64,000 nt of DNA from NCBI GenBank assembly GCA_045658585.1, contig JAZOVH010000078.1, positions 20,234 to 84,233 of the forward strand, given 5' to 3'. Under the pieces are notes generated by a model that searched no databases, was not told the origin of the DNA, and saw only the letters and a list, made by a program, of their open reading frames with translations. This stretch comes from Acutalibacteraceae bacterium (lineage in GTDB: Bacteria > Bacillota > Clostridia > Oscillospirales > Acutalibacteraceae). A program made the translations under genes and the position numbers. Of the stretch, positions 48,729 to 58,547 are shown piece after piece (the first letter of the stretch is position 1; each line of letters begins with the position of its first letter).

Positions 48729-49547
48729 ATGAAAAAGTTACTAAGTATTATATTTGTTTTCTTATTCTTATTTTCAGCTTGTAAAAAACAGCCTTTAAGT
48801 GAAGAAACAACCACTAAACCCTATCCTGAATCATCAACCAGCAAAACACTTGGTGATTTGACAACCCGATATTCTGATATAACCGATACCGTAACAAAAC
48901 CAACTCAATCAACCACTAAAAAGAAGCCTACAGTTGACATTACGGGCAACTCTTCAAATTCGCACGAAGAAAATGTTCAGAATAGCAGTCCTATGATTAT
49001 TTTTATAGGGCTTGATGAATTAAAAGAAATCAAAGAAGCATATGACTCAATGACAGCAGTTGATTTTCAGGTGTATATGGAAAATGAACATGTTGACACA
49101 TATATGACAGGAATGTGGAATTATGAAAACTCAACTGATCTGCTTGATGAAATGTGTTCAACATATGTGCCGGTGCCGGATAACAATTCCGATAATTTGT
49201 CAGAATTCGCTTTTTATTGGGAAATAAACCAAATTGACCAATTGGTTTATTTTAATAGTCCTCAAAGAGCATCAGCGATTATATATACTTCTGAAAGCAC
49301 CAAAGAAAAAAATCTTCCTTTTACAAATGTTAAAGTTACATTAGCAGAGTCAATAGTTAAGGATAACTATACTATAAACATATATGATAAAGTTGAAAAA
49401 AATATTGATGATATAGAATTCTATGCTGAAGTAATATTTGAAGATACATATATTGTTTTTCGTTCAGCTGACATTGAAACTGCTGAGGAGTTTTCCCAAC
49501 AGCTAAATAGACTTTCCTTTATCAAAATCGGTGATTTGATTGCATAA
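48729..49547 (+). CDS. Hypothetical lipoprotein
   Basis: Lipobox LFSA-C, Thr/Ser/Pro-rich linker, acidic globular domain; AGGAG RBS 14 bp after the upstream gene. Confidence 0.75.
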   Translation: MKKLLSIIFVFLFLFSACKKQPLSEETTTKPYPESSTSKTLGDLTTRYSDITDTVTKPTQSTTKKKPTVDITGNSSNSHEENVQNSSPMIIFIGLDELKEIKEAYDSMTAVDFQVYMENEHVDTYMTGMWNYENSTDLLDEMCSTYVPVPDNNSDNLSEFAFYWEINQIDQLVYFNSPQRASAIIYTSESTKEKNLPFTNVKVTLAESIVKDNYTINIYDKVEKNIDDIEFYAEVIFEDTYIVFRSADIETAEEFSQQLNRLSFIKIGDLIA

Positions 49548-49550
49548 GCT

Positions 49551-49582
49551 TAACCCCCGTATTCCGAGGAATACGGGGGTTA
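49551..49582. terminator. Bidirectional terminator
   Basis: TAACCCCCGTATTCC-GA-GGAATACGGGGGTTA between convergent genes. Confidence 0.75.
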
Positions 49583-49584
49583 GT

Positions 49585-50679
49585 TTATTTCAAAGTATTG
49601 CTGTTGTTGAGAACGAGGGTGCTGTAGATAAACAGCACGTCGCATGAGCTGAAATCAACCCATTTATCAAGAAGCTGCGGCTGGATATAACGCGTATCAA
49701 TAAGGGTTATTTTTGCGTATCCTTCCGCAAAAAACGGTGCGATACTGCTGCCGAAAGAATCACGGAAAATAACAAGTTCTTTATCTGTTGATGCACTCGG
49801 ATTTTCAAGAGTAACAAGCGAAAGGGGACCCGAAAGGAACATTTCATAAGGGTCTTTTCCGTTTGCTCTTTCCATATCGTAAACAGCTGTTTCCTTGTTA
49901 TTCTGCCAGTCAAAAACCTTGCAGTTTTCAAGGGTTTCATTCGTAAGATACTTTATCTCTTCCGCATCAAGAGGCAAAGCTGACTGACCGCTGTAAACTC
50001 CGTAAAACGGCACATCAAGAGTTTTTTCTTCATACTCCGCCGAAAGAGTTATGCCGAGATTTTCGGCAAGTCTTTTTGCAACATCATAGATTTTTTCCTG
50101 ACGCCAATGGGTATCTGTGAAATAAAAATCTGTTTCATCAAGCAAATCGGAAATATCAACATAGCCGATTTCAGGATTTACGGCAGAAATTTTATCTGCA
50201 AAAAACTGCGGGTCAACGGTCAGATGCCCCGATTTTTCGGCAAGATAGCAGTTTTTATCAGGAATAACCGAGAAAATAATTTTGCCGTCCGATTCTGTTA
50301 AATATCTGTCATAAAGCTCTTTTATTTTCTTTGCCGCATTCTCTGCACTCTCTGCGTTTTCGGGCGCTTCCATTTTCGCCGCATAGCCGTTATAAATATA
50401 AATGCCGTTGTTATCACCCTGACCGAAAAGATACTTTGCGGCATAAGCCTTCAGGGTTCTGAAGCTGTCACGCAAAGGAAGCTGGTCGGCTGTAAATTTA
50501 TCAAAATCCTTCATAAATTTGCCCGATTTAAAGCTGCTGAAAGAAAGTTCGGGCATCTGCGCAAGTTCTCGTCTTTCACTCAGCGAAAACTCCTCTGCAT
50601 TTCCGAAAAGAAGGAATCCTGAAACAAGAAGCATAAAAACCGAGGTTACGGCAATAACTATGAAATTTTTAATTTTCAT
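49585..50679 (-). CDS. DHHW-family (AlgJ/SGNH-like) extracytoplasmic O-acyltransferase
   Basis: SERRELAQMP, DQLPLRD, YFTDTHW, RDSFG, IDTRY; downstream of an MBOAT gene. Confidence 0.8.
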   Translation of the reverse strand: MKIKNFIVIAVTSVFMLLVSGFLLFGNAEEFSLSERRELAQMPELSFSSFKSGKFMKDFDKFTADQLPLRDSFRTLKAYAAKYLFGQGDNNGIYIYNGYAAKMEAPENAESAENAAKKIKELYDRYLTESDGKIIFSVIPDKNCYLAEKSGHLTVDPQFFADKISAVNPEIGYVDISDLLDETDFYFTDTHWRQEKIYDVAKRLAENLGITLSAEYEEKTLDVPFYGVYSGQSALPLDAEEIKYLTNETLENCKVFDWQNNKETAVYDMERANGKDPYEMFLSGPLSLVTLENPSASTDKELVIFRDSFGSSIAPFFAEGYAKITLIDTRYIQPQLLDKWVDFSSCDVLFIYSTLVLNNSNTLK

Positions 50680-50689
50680 AAAAATCACC

Positions 50690-52087
50690 TCAGAATCTGA
50701 AATAAAGGAACGGATTGAACGAGCCGTCGGCAAGATATGCGGTCACAAGAAGCAACAGCGCCATAACGGCAAAGGGGCGCAAAATACTGATGATTTTTTC
50801 ACCCGTTTTGTTTTCGTTGATTTTAAGCACAAGCTTTTTGACTGCGGGAGTGCTGCCGATAACACCGAGAACGAGCAATACCGCATAGCTCTTTACATAA
50901 TAAAGAGTTTCATCGGAAACGCCAGGTATTCCGTCCGCTCCGAAAAGACCGCCTATATCCGTTGCCGCCTGCGACAAATCAACGGCATTGAAGATTATAA
51001 AGCTAATCAGTATTATGAATGTTACAAGAATATGATTGAAGCCGCCAAGCTTTTTGAGTATAGGCTGTGCGAATTTTTCAAGCACAAGGAACACCGCAAA
51101 ATAAAGTCCCCAGATTATGAAATTCCAGTTCGCACCGTGCCAGAAGCCCGTGAGCATCCAGACAACAAGAACATTGAACATCCATCTCGGCTTTGAAACT
51201 CTGTTGCCGCCGAGGGGAATATAAACATAATCTCTGAACCAAGTGCCGAGCGACATATGCCAACGGCGCCAGAATTCGGAAACACTTTTTGAAATGAACG
51301 GATAATTGAAGTTTTCGCAAAAATCAAAACCGAGCATTTTGCCAAGACCGATTGCCATATCGCTGTAGCCCGAGAAATCGAAATATATATGCATTGCATA
51401 AGCAAACGCATAAACCCAATAGAATAATACGGATTTATCCTGCGATGAACGGAAAATATCGCAGAACTCGCCAAGCTGATTTGCAAGAAGCACCTTCTTT
51501 GCAAGACCGATTGCAAATCTCGTTATTCCCTGCGCAATCTTTTCAAAGTCAATTTTTCTGTTATTTAATTGCTTTTCAATATCGGAATAACGGACTATCG
51601 GACCTGCAATAAGTTGCGGAAACATCGTTATATATGCTGCAAGATTAATCGGATTTTTCTGTGCGGGCACATCGCCTCTGTAAACATCAATAATATAGCT
51701 TATAAGCTGGAATGTGTAAAAGCTTATACCGATGGGCAATGCAATGTTGAGAAGATTAACGGAAAGACCCGTTGCCGCATTGAAGTTTTCAATAAAGAAA
51801 TCTGCATATTTGAAATATCCGAGAAACCCGAGATTGATTGCAAGCGCCGCAAAAAGCAAGGGCTTTGCCGCTTTCTTGCCGTTAAAGCGTTCAAGCAACA
51901 AACCTAAAACATAGCTGATTGCGATGGTTACAGCCATCAGAACAACATATACAGGTTCACCCCAGGCATAGAAAAGCAGGCTTGCCGCAAGCAAAACCGT
52001 ATTCTTCAATATACCCGGGGCGATGTAATACAATATCAGCACAGCGGGTAAAAAGCAGTATAAAAAGGAAATACTTGAAAAAAGCAT
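50690..52087 (-). CDS. MBOAT family O-acyltransferase (AlgI/PatA/DltB-like)
   Basis: LPIGISFYTFQ, FPQLIAGPIVRY, FDFSGYSDMAIG, FWRRWHMSL, GFWHGA, NPFLYFRF. Confidence 0.93.
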   Translation of the reverse strand: MLFSSISFLYCFLPAVLILYYIAPGILKNTVLLAASLLFYAWGEPVYVVLMAVTIAISYVLGLLLERFNGKKAAKPLLFAALAINLGFLGYFKYADFFIENFNAATGLSVNLLNIALPIGISFYTFQLISYIIDVYRGDVPAQKNPINLAAYITMFPQLIAGPIVRYSDIEKQLNNRKIDFEKIAQGITRFAIGLAKKVLLANQLGEFCDIFRSSQDKSVLFYWVYAFAYAMHIYFDFSGYSDMAIGLGKMLGFDFCENFNYPFISKSVSEFWRRWHMSLGTWFRDYVYIPLGGNRVSKPRWMFNVLVVWMLTGFWHGANWNFIIWGLYFAVFLVLEKFAQPILKKLGGFNHILVTFIILISFIIFNAVDLSQAATDIGGLFGADGIPGVSDETLYYVKSYAVLLVLGVIGSTPAVKKLVLKINENKTGEKIISILRPFAVMALLLLVTAYLADGSFNPFLYFRF

Positions 52088-52126
52088 ATTTTCACCCTGT
52101 GCAAATTTTTTGTTTTTTAACGCTGA

Positions 52127-52714
52127 TTATACGATAGCTTCTGAAACAGCAAGAGTTGCTGTGGGATAAGCTGCTGTAAGCTTTGCTGAGAAGCTGTCAA
52201 TAAGAGTTGCATTACCGAAAGCTGAAACAATATAACCTTCAAGGTTGAAGATAACAAGCTTCTCGGGGAAGCCGCACATCCAATGGTTGCCCTGAATGTT
52301 TGTTTTGATGCTTTCTGTAAGAGCAGCAATATCTGTGCCCTCAACTGTGCGGTAAGCACCTGCTGTGAATGTGTTTGCATTCATCATATGAATGATTGCA
52401 GCAGCATCGTCAATCTGAGCAACTGCATCTGCGGGGAACACCATCATGCTGGTGAAGCCTTCGTGAGCAATATCAAATTTTGTGCCGGGTGCATTGTTTT
52501 CCCAATCGTCAACATTACCGCCCATTGCATCAAACTTTTCATCTTCTGTTGCTTCTGCTGTGTATGCTGCCCATACTTTGGTAAGAATTTCTGATGAATC
52601 TGTGATTGTAACTGCGGGTGTTTCTTCTTTGCCGCTTTCGTTATTGCAAGCTGCAAAGCCGAAGATTGCAACAACTGCAAGAACCGAAAGAACAATAGCA
52701 ATAATTTTCTTCAT
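52127..52714 (-). CDS. Hypothetical lipoprotein of the MBOAT cluster
   Basis: Lipobox FAAC; HMMNANTFT and WMCGFPEKL motifs. Confidence 0.75.
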   Translation of the reverse strand: MKKIIAIVLSVLAVVAIFGFAACNNESGKEETPAVTITDSSEILTKVWAAYTAEATEDEKFDAMGGNVDDWENNAPGTKFDIAHEGFTSMMVFPADAVAQIDDAAAIIHMMNANTFTAGAYRTVEGTDIAALTESIKTNIQGNHWMCGFPEKLVIFNLEGYIVSAFGNATLIDSFSAKLTAAYPTATLAVSEAIV

Positions 52715-52802
52715 TGTTTTTCTCCTTTGAAATCAATAATATTCGGGGAATAATTTTTCCACGGTTACTGATTGTATCATAAATTTATGAACAAATCAAC
52801 AA

Positions 52803-52834
52803 CAAACCCGAAATCTTTTCAGACTTCGGGTTTG
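52803..52834 (-). terminator. Probable clpC operon terminator
   Basis: CAAACCCGAA...TTCGGGTTTG inverted repeat immediately after the clpC stop. Confidence 0.55.
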
Positions 52835-52837
52835 AAA

Positions 52838-55288
52838 TTATTGGTCAATATTCTTTTCGCTGAATTCAAATTTGCCGTCTTCAAAAATACAGATATATTT
52901 CCCGCCAGCGCCGAGCTTACCTTCAAGCATTTCTTCCGAAAGCTTATCTTCGATTTTCTGCTGAATTGCTCTGCGCAGAGGTCTTGCACCGTAAATCGGG
53001 TCAAAGCCCGCATTGCCGATTTCCTCAACCGCAGTTTCGTCAAATTCAAGCTCAAATTCAAGCTCTCTGACTCTTCTTGAAAGACCCGCAAGCATTCTGC
53101 GTGCAATTTCGTTGATATTTTCTTTATTAAGCTGACGGAAAACAATTATATCGTCCACTCTGTTAAGAAACTCGGGTCTGAAAACATTTTTAAGCTCGCC
53201 CATAACCGCATCGCGGATTTTCGCATCGCTCATACCCTCGCTGCTTGCCGCGAAGCCGAGAGTTGCCGCGCCGCTTTGCGCAATCTGCTTTGCACCCACA
53301 TTAGAGGTCATAATAATAATGCATGTTTTGAAATCAACCCTTCTGCCCTGCGAATCGGTGAGAATGCCGTCTTCAAGAATCTGCAGAAGCATATTGAAAA
53401 CATCGGGATGCGCCTTTTCTATTTCATCAAAAAGAACAACCGAATAGGGTCTGCGGCGCACCTTTTCGGTAAGCTGTCCTCCCTCTTCATAACCGACATA
53501 TCCGGGAGGAGAACCAACAAGCCTTGAAACGGTGTGCTTTTCCATATATTCGGACATATCAAGCCTTATCATTGCATTTTCATCGCCGAACATTGATGCC
53601 GCAAGGGTTTTGCAAAGCTCCGTTTTGCCAACGCCCGTGGGGCCGAGGAAGATGAATGAACCCGTGGGTCGCTTGGGGTCTTTAAGTCCCGCTCTGCCTC
53701 GCCTTATCGCTCTTGCAACGGCACTTACTGCCTCATCCTGACCTACTATTCTTTTATGAAGCTCATCTTCCATATTAAGAAGTCTCTGACTTTCTTCCTG
53801 CGTAAGCTGAACAACGGGGATACCCGTCCACTGCGAAACAATGGCGGCAATTTCCTGCTCGGTAACCTCGCCAGTTATTCTGTTATTTTTCTCTTTCCAT
53901 ATCTGACGCTCGGTTTCAAGCTCTTTGGCAACCTTATTTTTATCATCCCTGATTTTCGCCGCCTGCTCAAAATCCTGCGATTTAACTGCAGATTCCATTT
54001 CTTCGTTAAGCGATTTCAGTTTATCCTCAAGCGCCTTGATATCGGGCGGTGCGGTAAAAGCTTTAAGCCTTACTCTTGATGCCGCTTCATCAACAAGGTC
54101 AATCGCCTTATCGGGCAGATATCTGTCACCGATATATCTTGACGACATTTTAACAGATGCGATAATTGCGCCGTCGCTGATTTTCACTTTGTGGTGTGCC
54201 TCATATTTATCGCGAAGACCTTTGAGAATTTCGATTGCCTCTTCCTCTGTGGGTTCGCCGACTGTTACGGGCTGAAATCTTCTTTCAAGAGCCGCATCCT
54301 TTTCAATGTGCTTTCGGTATTCTTCAAGCGTTGTTGCACCGATCACCTGAAGCTCGCCCCTTGCAAGAGAGGGCTTGAGAATATTTGCCGCATCAACGGC
54401 ACCCTCTGCGGAGCCCGTTCCGATAAGAGTATGAACCTCATCAATAAAGAGGATAACATCGCCCGCTTTTTGCACTTCTTCAATTACATTTCTTATTCTC
54501 TCTTCAAAATCGCCTCTGTATTTTGTGCCAGCAACCATACCCGTAAGGTCAAGCGCAAAAATTCTTTTGTTGCGAAGAAGCTCGGGCACCTCGCCCGTTG
54601 CAATCTTCATTGCAAGTCCCTCTGCAATTGCGGTTTTGCCAACACCCGGCTCACCGATAAGGCAAGGATTGTTTTTGGTTCTTCGGCTTAAAATCTGAAT
54701 AACTCTTTCAATCTCATTCTGTCTGCCTATAACGGGGTCTATTCTTCCCTGATTAGCATAAGAAGTGAGGTCTCTGCCGTATTGCGAAAGAGTTGGTGTA
54801 TCTGATTTTTCCTTGCTTTCTCCCTTACTGCTTTTTGAAGAATTCGAATTGCTTCCGAGTGCGTTCGTTATATCACCCAGCAAATCCTGCGGCTGAACAC
54901 CCATAGAAGAAAGAATCTCCGTTGCGGCGCCCGTGCCCTCGCGGATAATTCCCATAAGAATATGCTCCGTACCGATATACGAATGTCCCATGCTTCTGCC
55001 CTGCAGGATTGCGGTGTCAATTATATTTTTGGCTCTGGGTGTAAAATCGTTTGGCGAAAGCACCGTCGGTGAGCCTATGCCGATACTGCTTTTGATAAGC
55101 GACTCAACATCGCTGTAAGAAACCTTTCTTGCAGAAAGGGCGGTATAAGCCATTCCGCCGTTTTCCGCAAGCAGACCGAGCAGAATATGCTCGCTTCCCA
55201 CATAGGTGTGACCCAGGTTTTCTGCGGCGGTAATTGCATTGTTGAGTGCCTCATTCGCCTTTTGCGTAAATCCCGTAAATCTATACAT
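52838..55288 (-). CDS. clpC: ATP-dependent Clp protease ATP-binding subunit ClpC
   Basis: Clp-N repeats, GEPGVGKT, LERRFQ, UVR middle domain, GPTGVGKT, GSPPGYVG, GARPLRR. Confidence 0.96.
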   Translation of the reverse strand: MYRFTGFTQKANEALNNAITAAENLGHTYVGSEHILLGLLAENGGMAYTALSARKVSYSDVESLIKSSIGIGSPTVLSPNDFTPRAKNIIDTAILQGRSMGHSYIGTEHILMGIIREGTGAATEILSSMGVQPQDLLGDITNALGSNSNSSKSSKGESKEKSDTPTLSQYGRDLTSYANQGRIDPVIGRQNEIERVIQILSRRTKNNPCLIGEPGVGKTAIAEGLAMKIATGEVPELLRNKRIFALDLTGMVAGTKYRGDFEERIRNVIEEVQKAGDVILFIDEVHTLIGTGSAEGAVDAANILKPSLARGELQVIGATTLEEYRKHIEKDAALERRFQPVTVGEPTEEEAIEILKGLRDKYEAHHKVKISDGAIIASVKMSSRYIGDRYLPDKAIDLVDEAASRVRLKAFTAPPDIKALEDKLKSLNEEMESAVKSQDFEQAAKIRDDKNKVAKELETERQIWKEKNNRITGEVTEQEIAAIVSQWTGIPVVQLTQEESQRLLNMEDELHKRIVGQDEAVSAVARAIRRGRAGLKDPKRPTGSFIFLGPTGVGKTELCKTLAASMFGDENAMIRLDMSEYMEKHTVSRLVGSPPGYVGYEEGGQLTEKVRRRPYSVVLFDEIEKAHPDVFNMLLQILEDGILTDSQGRRVDFKTCIIIMTSNVGAKQIAQSGAATLGFAASSEGMSDAKIRDAVMGELKNVFRPEFLNRVDDIIVFRQLNKENINEIARRMLAGLSRRVRELEFELEFDETAVEEIGNAGFDPIYGARPLRRAIQQKIEDKLSEEMLEGKLGAGGKYICIFEDGKFEFSEKNIDQ

Positions 55289-55317
55289 CTTCATTCCCCC
55301 AAATTCGTTTTATAGAT

Positions 55318-56325
55318 TTATCCAAGAGTTTCTCTTACCGTTTTAGCTCTCAACGCATCCCTTGCGGCGGGGCCGTCTGCCTCACCGTTTGCAACGCTGA
55401 TTGTTGCGGGCTGCATATTGACTATAAGATTATTAAGTTTTTCAATATCAGTTTCAATAAGCCCCCTTGCGGCACCGAGCCTTACAACCGAAATAAGCTC
55501 CATAAATTCATCGGTGCTCAGAAGTCTTGCGTTTTTAAGAACACCGAGTGCTCTGAAAATTTTATCTTCCTCGGCGGGATTTTTAATCATTTCCGCAGCC
55601 GCCGCTCTCTCCTGAGCAACAAGCTGAAGAACTATTGATTTAAGATTTGCGATTGCGGTTTCTTCAGTTATGCCGAGAGTTATCTGATTGCTTATCTGAT
55701 AAATATCGCCCTTAGGCTGTGTGCCCTCGCCGTAAGCTCCTCTTATGGTTAAGCCGAGCTTTGAAACGGTGTTTGCAAGTCTTGAAATCTGACCGCATCT
55801 TGTGAGTGCGGGCAGATGAAGCATTACCGATGCCCTCATTGCTGTGCCAAGGTTGGTGGGGCACTGTGTGAGATAGCCTATTCTTTCATCGAACGCATAT
55901 TTAACCTTGCCGTCAATAATACTGTCAAGCTTATCGGCAATATCAAAAGCTTCTTCAAGAGCAAGACCCGCTTTCATAACCTGCAAGCGGATATGGTCCT
56001 CTTCGCAAAGCATAATGCTTACGCTTTCATCAGCCGAAAGAATAAGGGCACTGCCGTCTTTCTTCGATGCAAATTCGGGGCTGATTAAATGGCGTTCCGC
56101 AAGCGAAACCGCCTGCAAACGGCTTAAATCTTTCATTTCTATATAGCTGAAATCTTTGCCGTCATTTTCAAAAAGAGTGCTTTTAACAATAGAATTAACC
56201 TTGTTTTTGCCTGCGATATCAAGTCTTGACGGAAACGGAAATTCATCAAGGTTTCTTGCAAGACGAATTCTTGTGCTTAAAACAACATCGCCCTGGTCGC
56301 CTTTTTCTATATACCATTTATTCAT
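55318..56325 (-). CDS. mcsB: Protein-arginine kinase
   Basis: STRIRLARN, EEDHIR, GYLTQCPTNLGT.MRASVMLHLP, QISNQITLG. Confidence 0.95.
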   Translation of the reverse strand: MNKWYIEKGDQGDVVLSTRIRLARNLDEFPFPSRLDIAGKNKVNSIVKSTLFENDGKDFSYIEMKDLSRLQAVSLAERHLISPEFASKKDGSALILSADESVSIMLCEEDHIRLQVMKAGLALEEAFDIADKLDSIIDGKVKYAFDERIGYLTQCPTNLGTAMRASVMLHLPALTRCGQISRLANTVSKLGLTIRGAYGEGTQPKGDIYQISNQITLGITEETAIANLKSIVLQLVAQERAAAAEMIKNPAEEDKIFRALGVLKNARLLSTDEFMELISVVRLGAARGLIETDIEKLNNLIVNMQPATISVANGEADGPAARDALRAKTVRETLG

Positions 56326-56834
56326 TTATTATCCCCTCCTTCAAGTGCTTTTATTTCATCTCTGATTTTTGCCGCTTCTTCAAATTCCTGCTTTGCAACG
56401 GCATCATTCATCAGCGCTTTAAGCTTTTCAATTTTTTCTTCAACTGTTTCCTCTTTCGGTGCTTCAACGGTGTTTGCGCTCACCTTGCCGCTGTGTTTTA
56501 TTTTACCGTGAATTCTCTGAATCGAGGGCAAAAGCTTATCATAAAAGGTTCTGTAGCAATCCGCACAGCCAACCTTGCCCTCTCTTGCAATATCCTCAAA
56601 TGATGCGCCGCATTTTTCGCAGCGTTTAACCTTGCTCTGTGCAATTCCGGGCACCATATCGCCGAGAAGCCCACCGAAAAATTCCGAAAGATTAAGACCG
56701 AAGCCCGAAAAAACATCCGAATATCCGAGATGTGCGGCACAGTCCTTGCAAAGATGGCTTTCCGCCATATCGCCGTTAATTATCTGCTTAATATGTGTTG
56801 TTGCTTCATTTTTACCGCAGTTCTGACATAACAT
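56322..56834 (-). CDS. mcsA: McsB activator McsA
   Basis: Four CxxC motifs, IQRIHG, C-terminal UVR domain (FEEAAKIRDEI). Confidence 0.95.
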   Translation of the reverse strand: MLCQNCGKNEATTHIKQIINGDMAESHLCKDCAAHLGYSDVFSGFGLNLSEFFGGLLGDMVPGIAQSKVKRCEKCGASFEDIAREGKVGCADCYRTFYDKLLPSIQRIHGKIKHSGKVSANTVEAPKEETVEEKIEKLKALMNDAVAKQEFEEAAKIRDEIKALEGGDNK

Positions 56835-56836
56835 AA

Positions 56837-57295
56837 TCAATCATCCTTTCTGTCTGTAACCAAAAGCATTTGCTTGAAAATCGATGCCCTGACCGCATCC
56901 CTTACGGGCGCAGGCAGATTGCGAAGCGCATTATCCCCCGTTGCAGCGAGCATCAGCCTTGCACCGTTTGCATCGATTATTCCTCTCTGATTCAAATTAA
57001 GAATATATGCGCGGCAGGTTGAACTGTCTATTGCCCCGCCTATACTGTTCACCGTGTGCATAACAAACGACGGTTTATCAATATTGACTCTTGTTATTTT
57101 GATATATCCTCCGCCGCCTCGTCTGCTTTCAACGGTATATCCCTGCTCGGGAGTAAATCTTGAAGATATAACATAGTTTATCTGGCTGGGCACACAGCCT
57201 AAAGTTTGTGCAAGCTCGTTGCGCTGGATTTCGGTTGTGCCGTCATTTTCCAGCATTTCAAGGAGCATTCTCGCTATCTGATTGCTTAAACTCAT
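56837..57295 (-). CDS. ctsR: Class III heat-shock repressor
   Basis: IQRNELA...CVPSQINYVI.SRF...VESRRGGGGYIKI. Confidence 0.96.
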   Translation of the reverse strand: MSLSNQIARMLLEMLENDGTTEIQRNELAQTLGCVPSQINYVISSRFTPEQGYTVESRRGGGGYIKITRVNIDKPSFVMHTVNSIGGAIDSSTCRAYILNLNQRGIIDANGARLMLAATGDNALRNLPAPVRDAVRASIFKQMLLVTDRKDD

Positions 57296-57317
57296 TTCAT
57301 CATCTCTTTTCGCAAAG

Positions 57318-57396
57318 TTTGACTTTGACTTTCTTTGACCTTTGACTATATTTTAGACCTTGAAGGTCAAAAGGTCAAAAGTCAGAAAAGGTCAAA
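57318..57396. promoter_or_regulatory. CtsR operator array overlapping the ctsR promoter
   Basis: About 8 (A/G)GTCAAA-type heptads including canonical GGTCAAA-GAA-AGTCAAA; TTGACC-17-TAAAAT on the minus strand. Confidence 0.88.
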
Positions 57397-57592
57397 TTCT
57401 GCTTTTCAGGGTTTGTTTCTTTAATTTATCTCTTGTTTTCTTTAATTTTCTTTAATTTTCTCGATTTTTTCAAATTCGGTTTTCAATTAAATTATAGGTC
57501 AAATATTACTTCCCTATGCCGAAATAATATTGATTTTGTCTGACCTTTGTGTTATTATTCCGCTGTTATAATATTTATTAAGGATTATTAAA

Positions 57593-58495
57593 ATGAAAAG
57601 TATTTTTAAAAATAAAACTGTACTCGGATTTATAATGACTCTTCTCGGCGGCATATTCTGGGGATTTTCAGGTTCGTGCGGTCAGTATCTTTTCAGCTTC
57701 CACGCAGTAACCTCCGATTGGCTTGTGCCGATAAGAATGCTCTTTTCGGGCATCATTCTGCTTGCGATATGCGGAGTAAAAAACAAAAAGAAAATATTTG
57801 ACGTGTGGCACGGAAAGAAAAATATTCTGACTATGGCGGCATTCACTCTGCTGGGGCTTGTTATGTGCCAGTATTCATATTTCAGAGCAATCGAATTTTC
57901 AAACGCAGGCGTTGCAACTGTTTTGCAATATCTTTCGCCAGCAATGATTCTTGCGTTCACCTGCATAAAAGATAAGCGTGCACCAAAAATTTTTGAAATC
58001 GTTGCAATCATTCTTGCAATAGGCGGAACATTTTTTATTGCAGCAGGCGGTGCGGAAAATATGACGCTCTCTCCCAAAGCTCTTTTCTGGGGGCTTGCCG
58101 CGGCTGTGTTTCTTGTTTGCTACACACTCATCCCCGCTCCCCTGCTCAAGATTTCCGACACACCCACCATACTCGGCTGGGGTATGTTCATAGGCGGCAT
58201 CTGTATGCTGCCGATTTTTAAACCGTGGGAAATAATGCCCGAAATAAGCCTTTCTCTTATCCTTGCACTCGGCGGAGTTATAATCTTCGGAACGGTTATT
58301 GCTTATTCGTTCTTTCTTGAAGGCGTTCACCTTATAGGCGCATCCAAAGCAAGCATAGTTTCAAGCATTGAGCCCGTTTCGGCAACTGTCATTTCGGCGC
58401 TGTGGCTCAAAACAGCTTTTATGCCAACGGATTTCATCGGCTTTGCAATGATTATTTCAACAATCTTCATTATTTCATTCAAGACAAAAAAGTAA
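57593..58495 (+). CDS. EamA/DMT family transporter
   Basis: About 10 TM segments; GGIFWGFSG, VATVLQYLSP, SIEPVSA. Confidence 0.88.
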   Translation: MKSIFKNKTVLGFIMTLLGGIFWGFSGSCGQYLFSFHAVTSDWLVPIRMLFSGIILLAICGVKNKKKIFDVWHGKKNILTMAAFTLLGLVMCQYSYFRAIEFSNAGVATVLQYLSPAMILAFTCIKDKRAPKIFEIVAIILAIGGTFFIAAGGAENMTLSPKALFWGLAAAVFLVCYTLIPAPLLKISDTPTILGWGMFIGGICMLPIFKPWEIMPEISLSLILALGGVIIFGTVIAYSFFLEGVHLIGASKASIVSSIEPVSATVISALWLKTAFMPTDFIGFAMIISTIFIISFKTKK

Positions 58496-58547
58496 ACTTT
58501 ACAATGTTTTTATTAAATGATATAATCAATAAAAAAGGAGGGGTACA

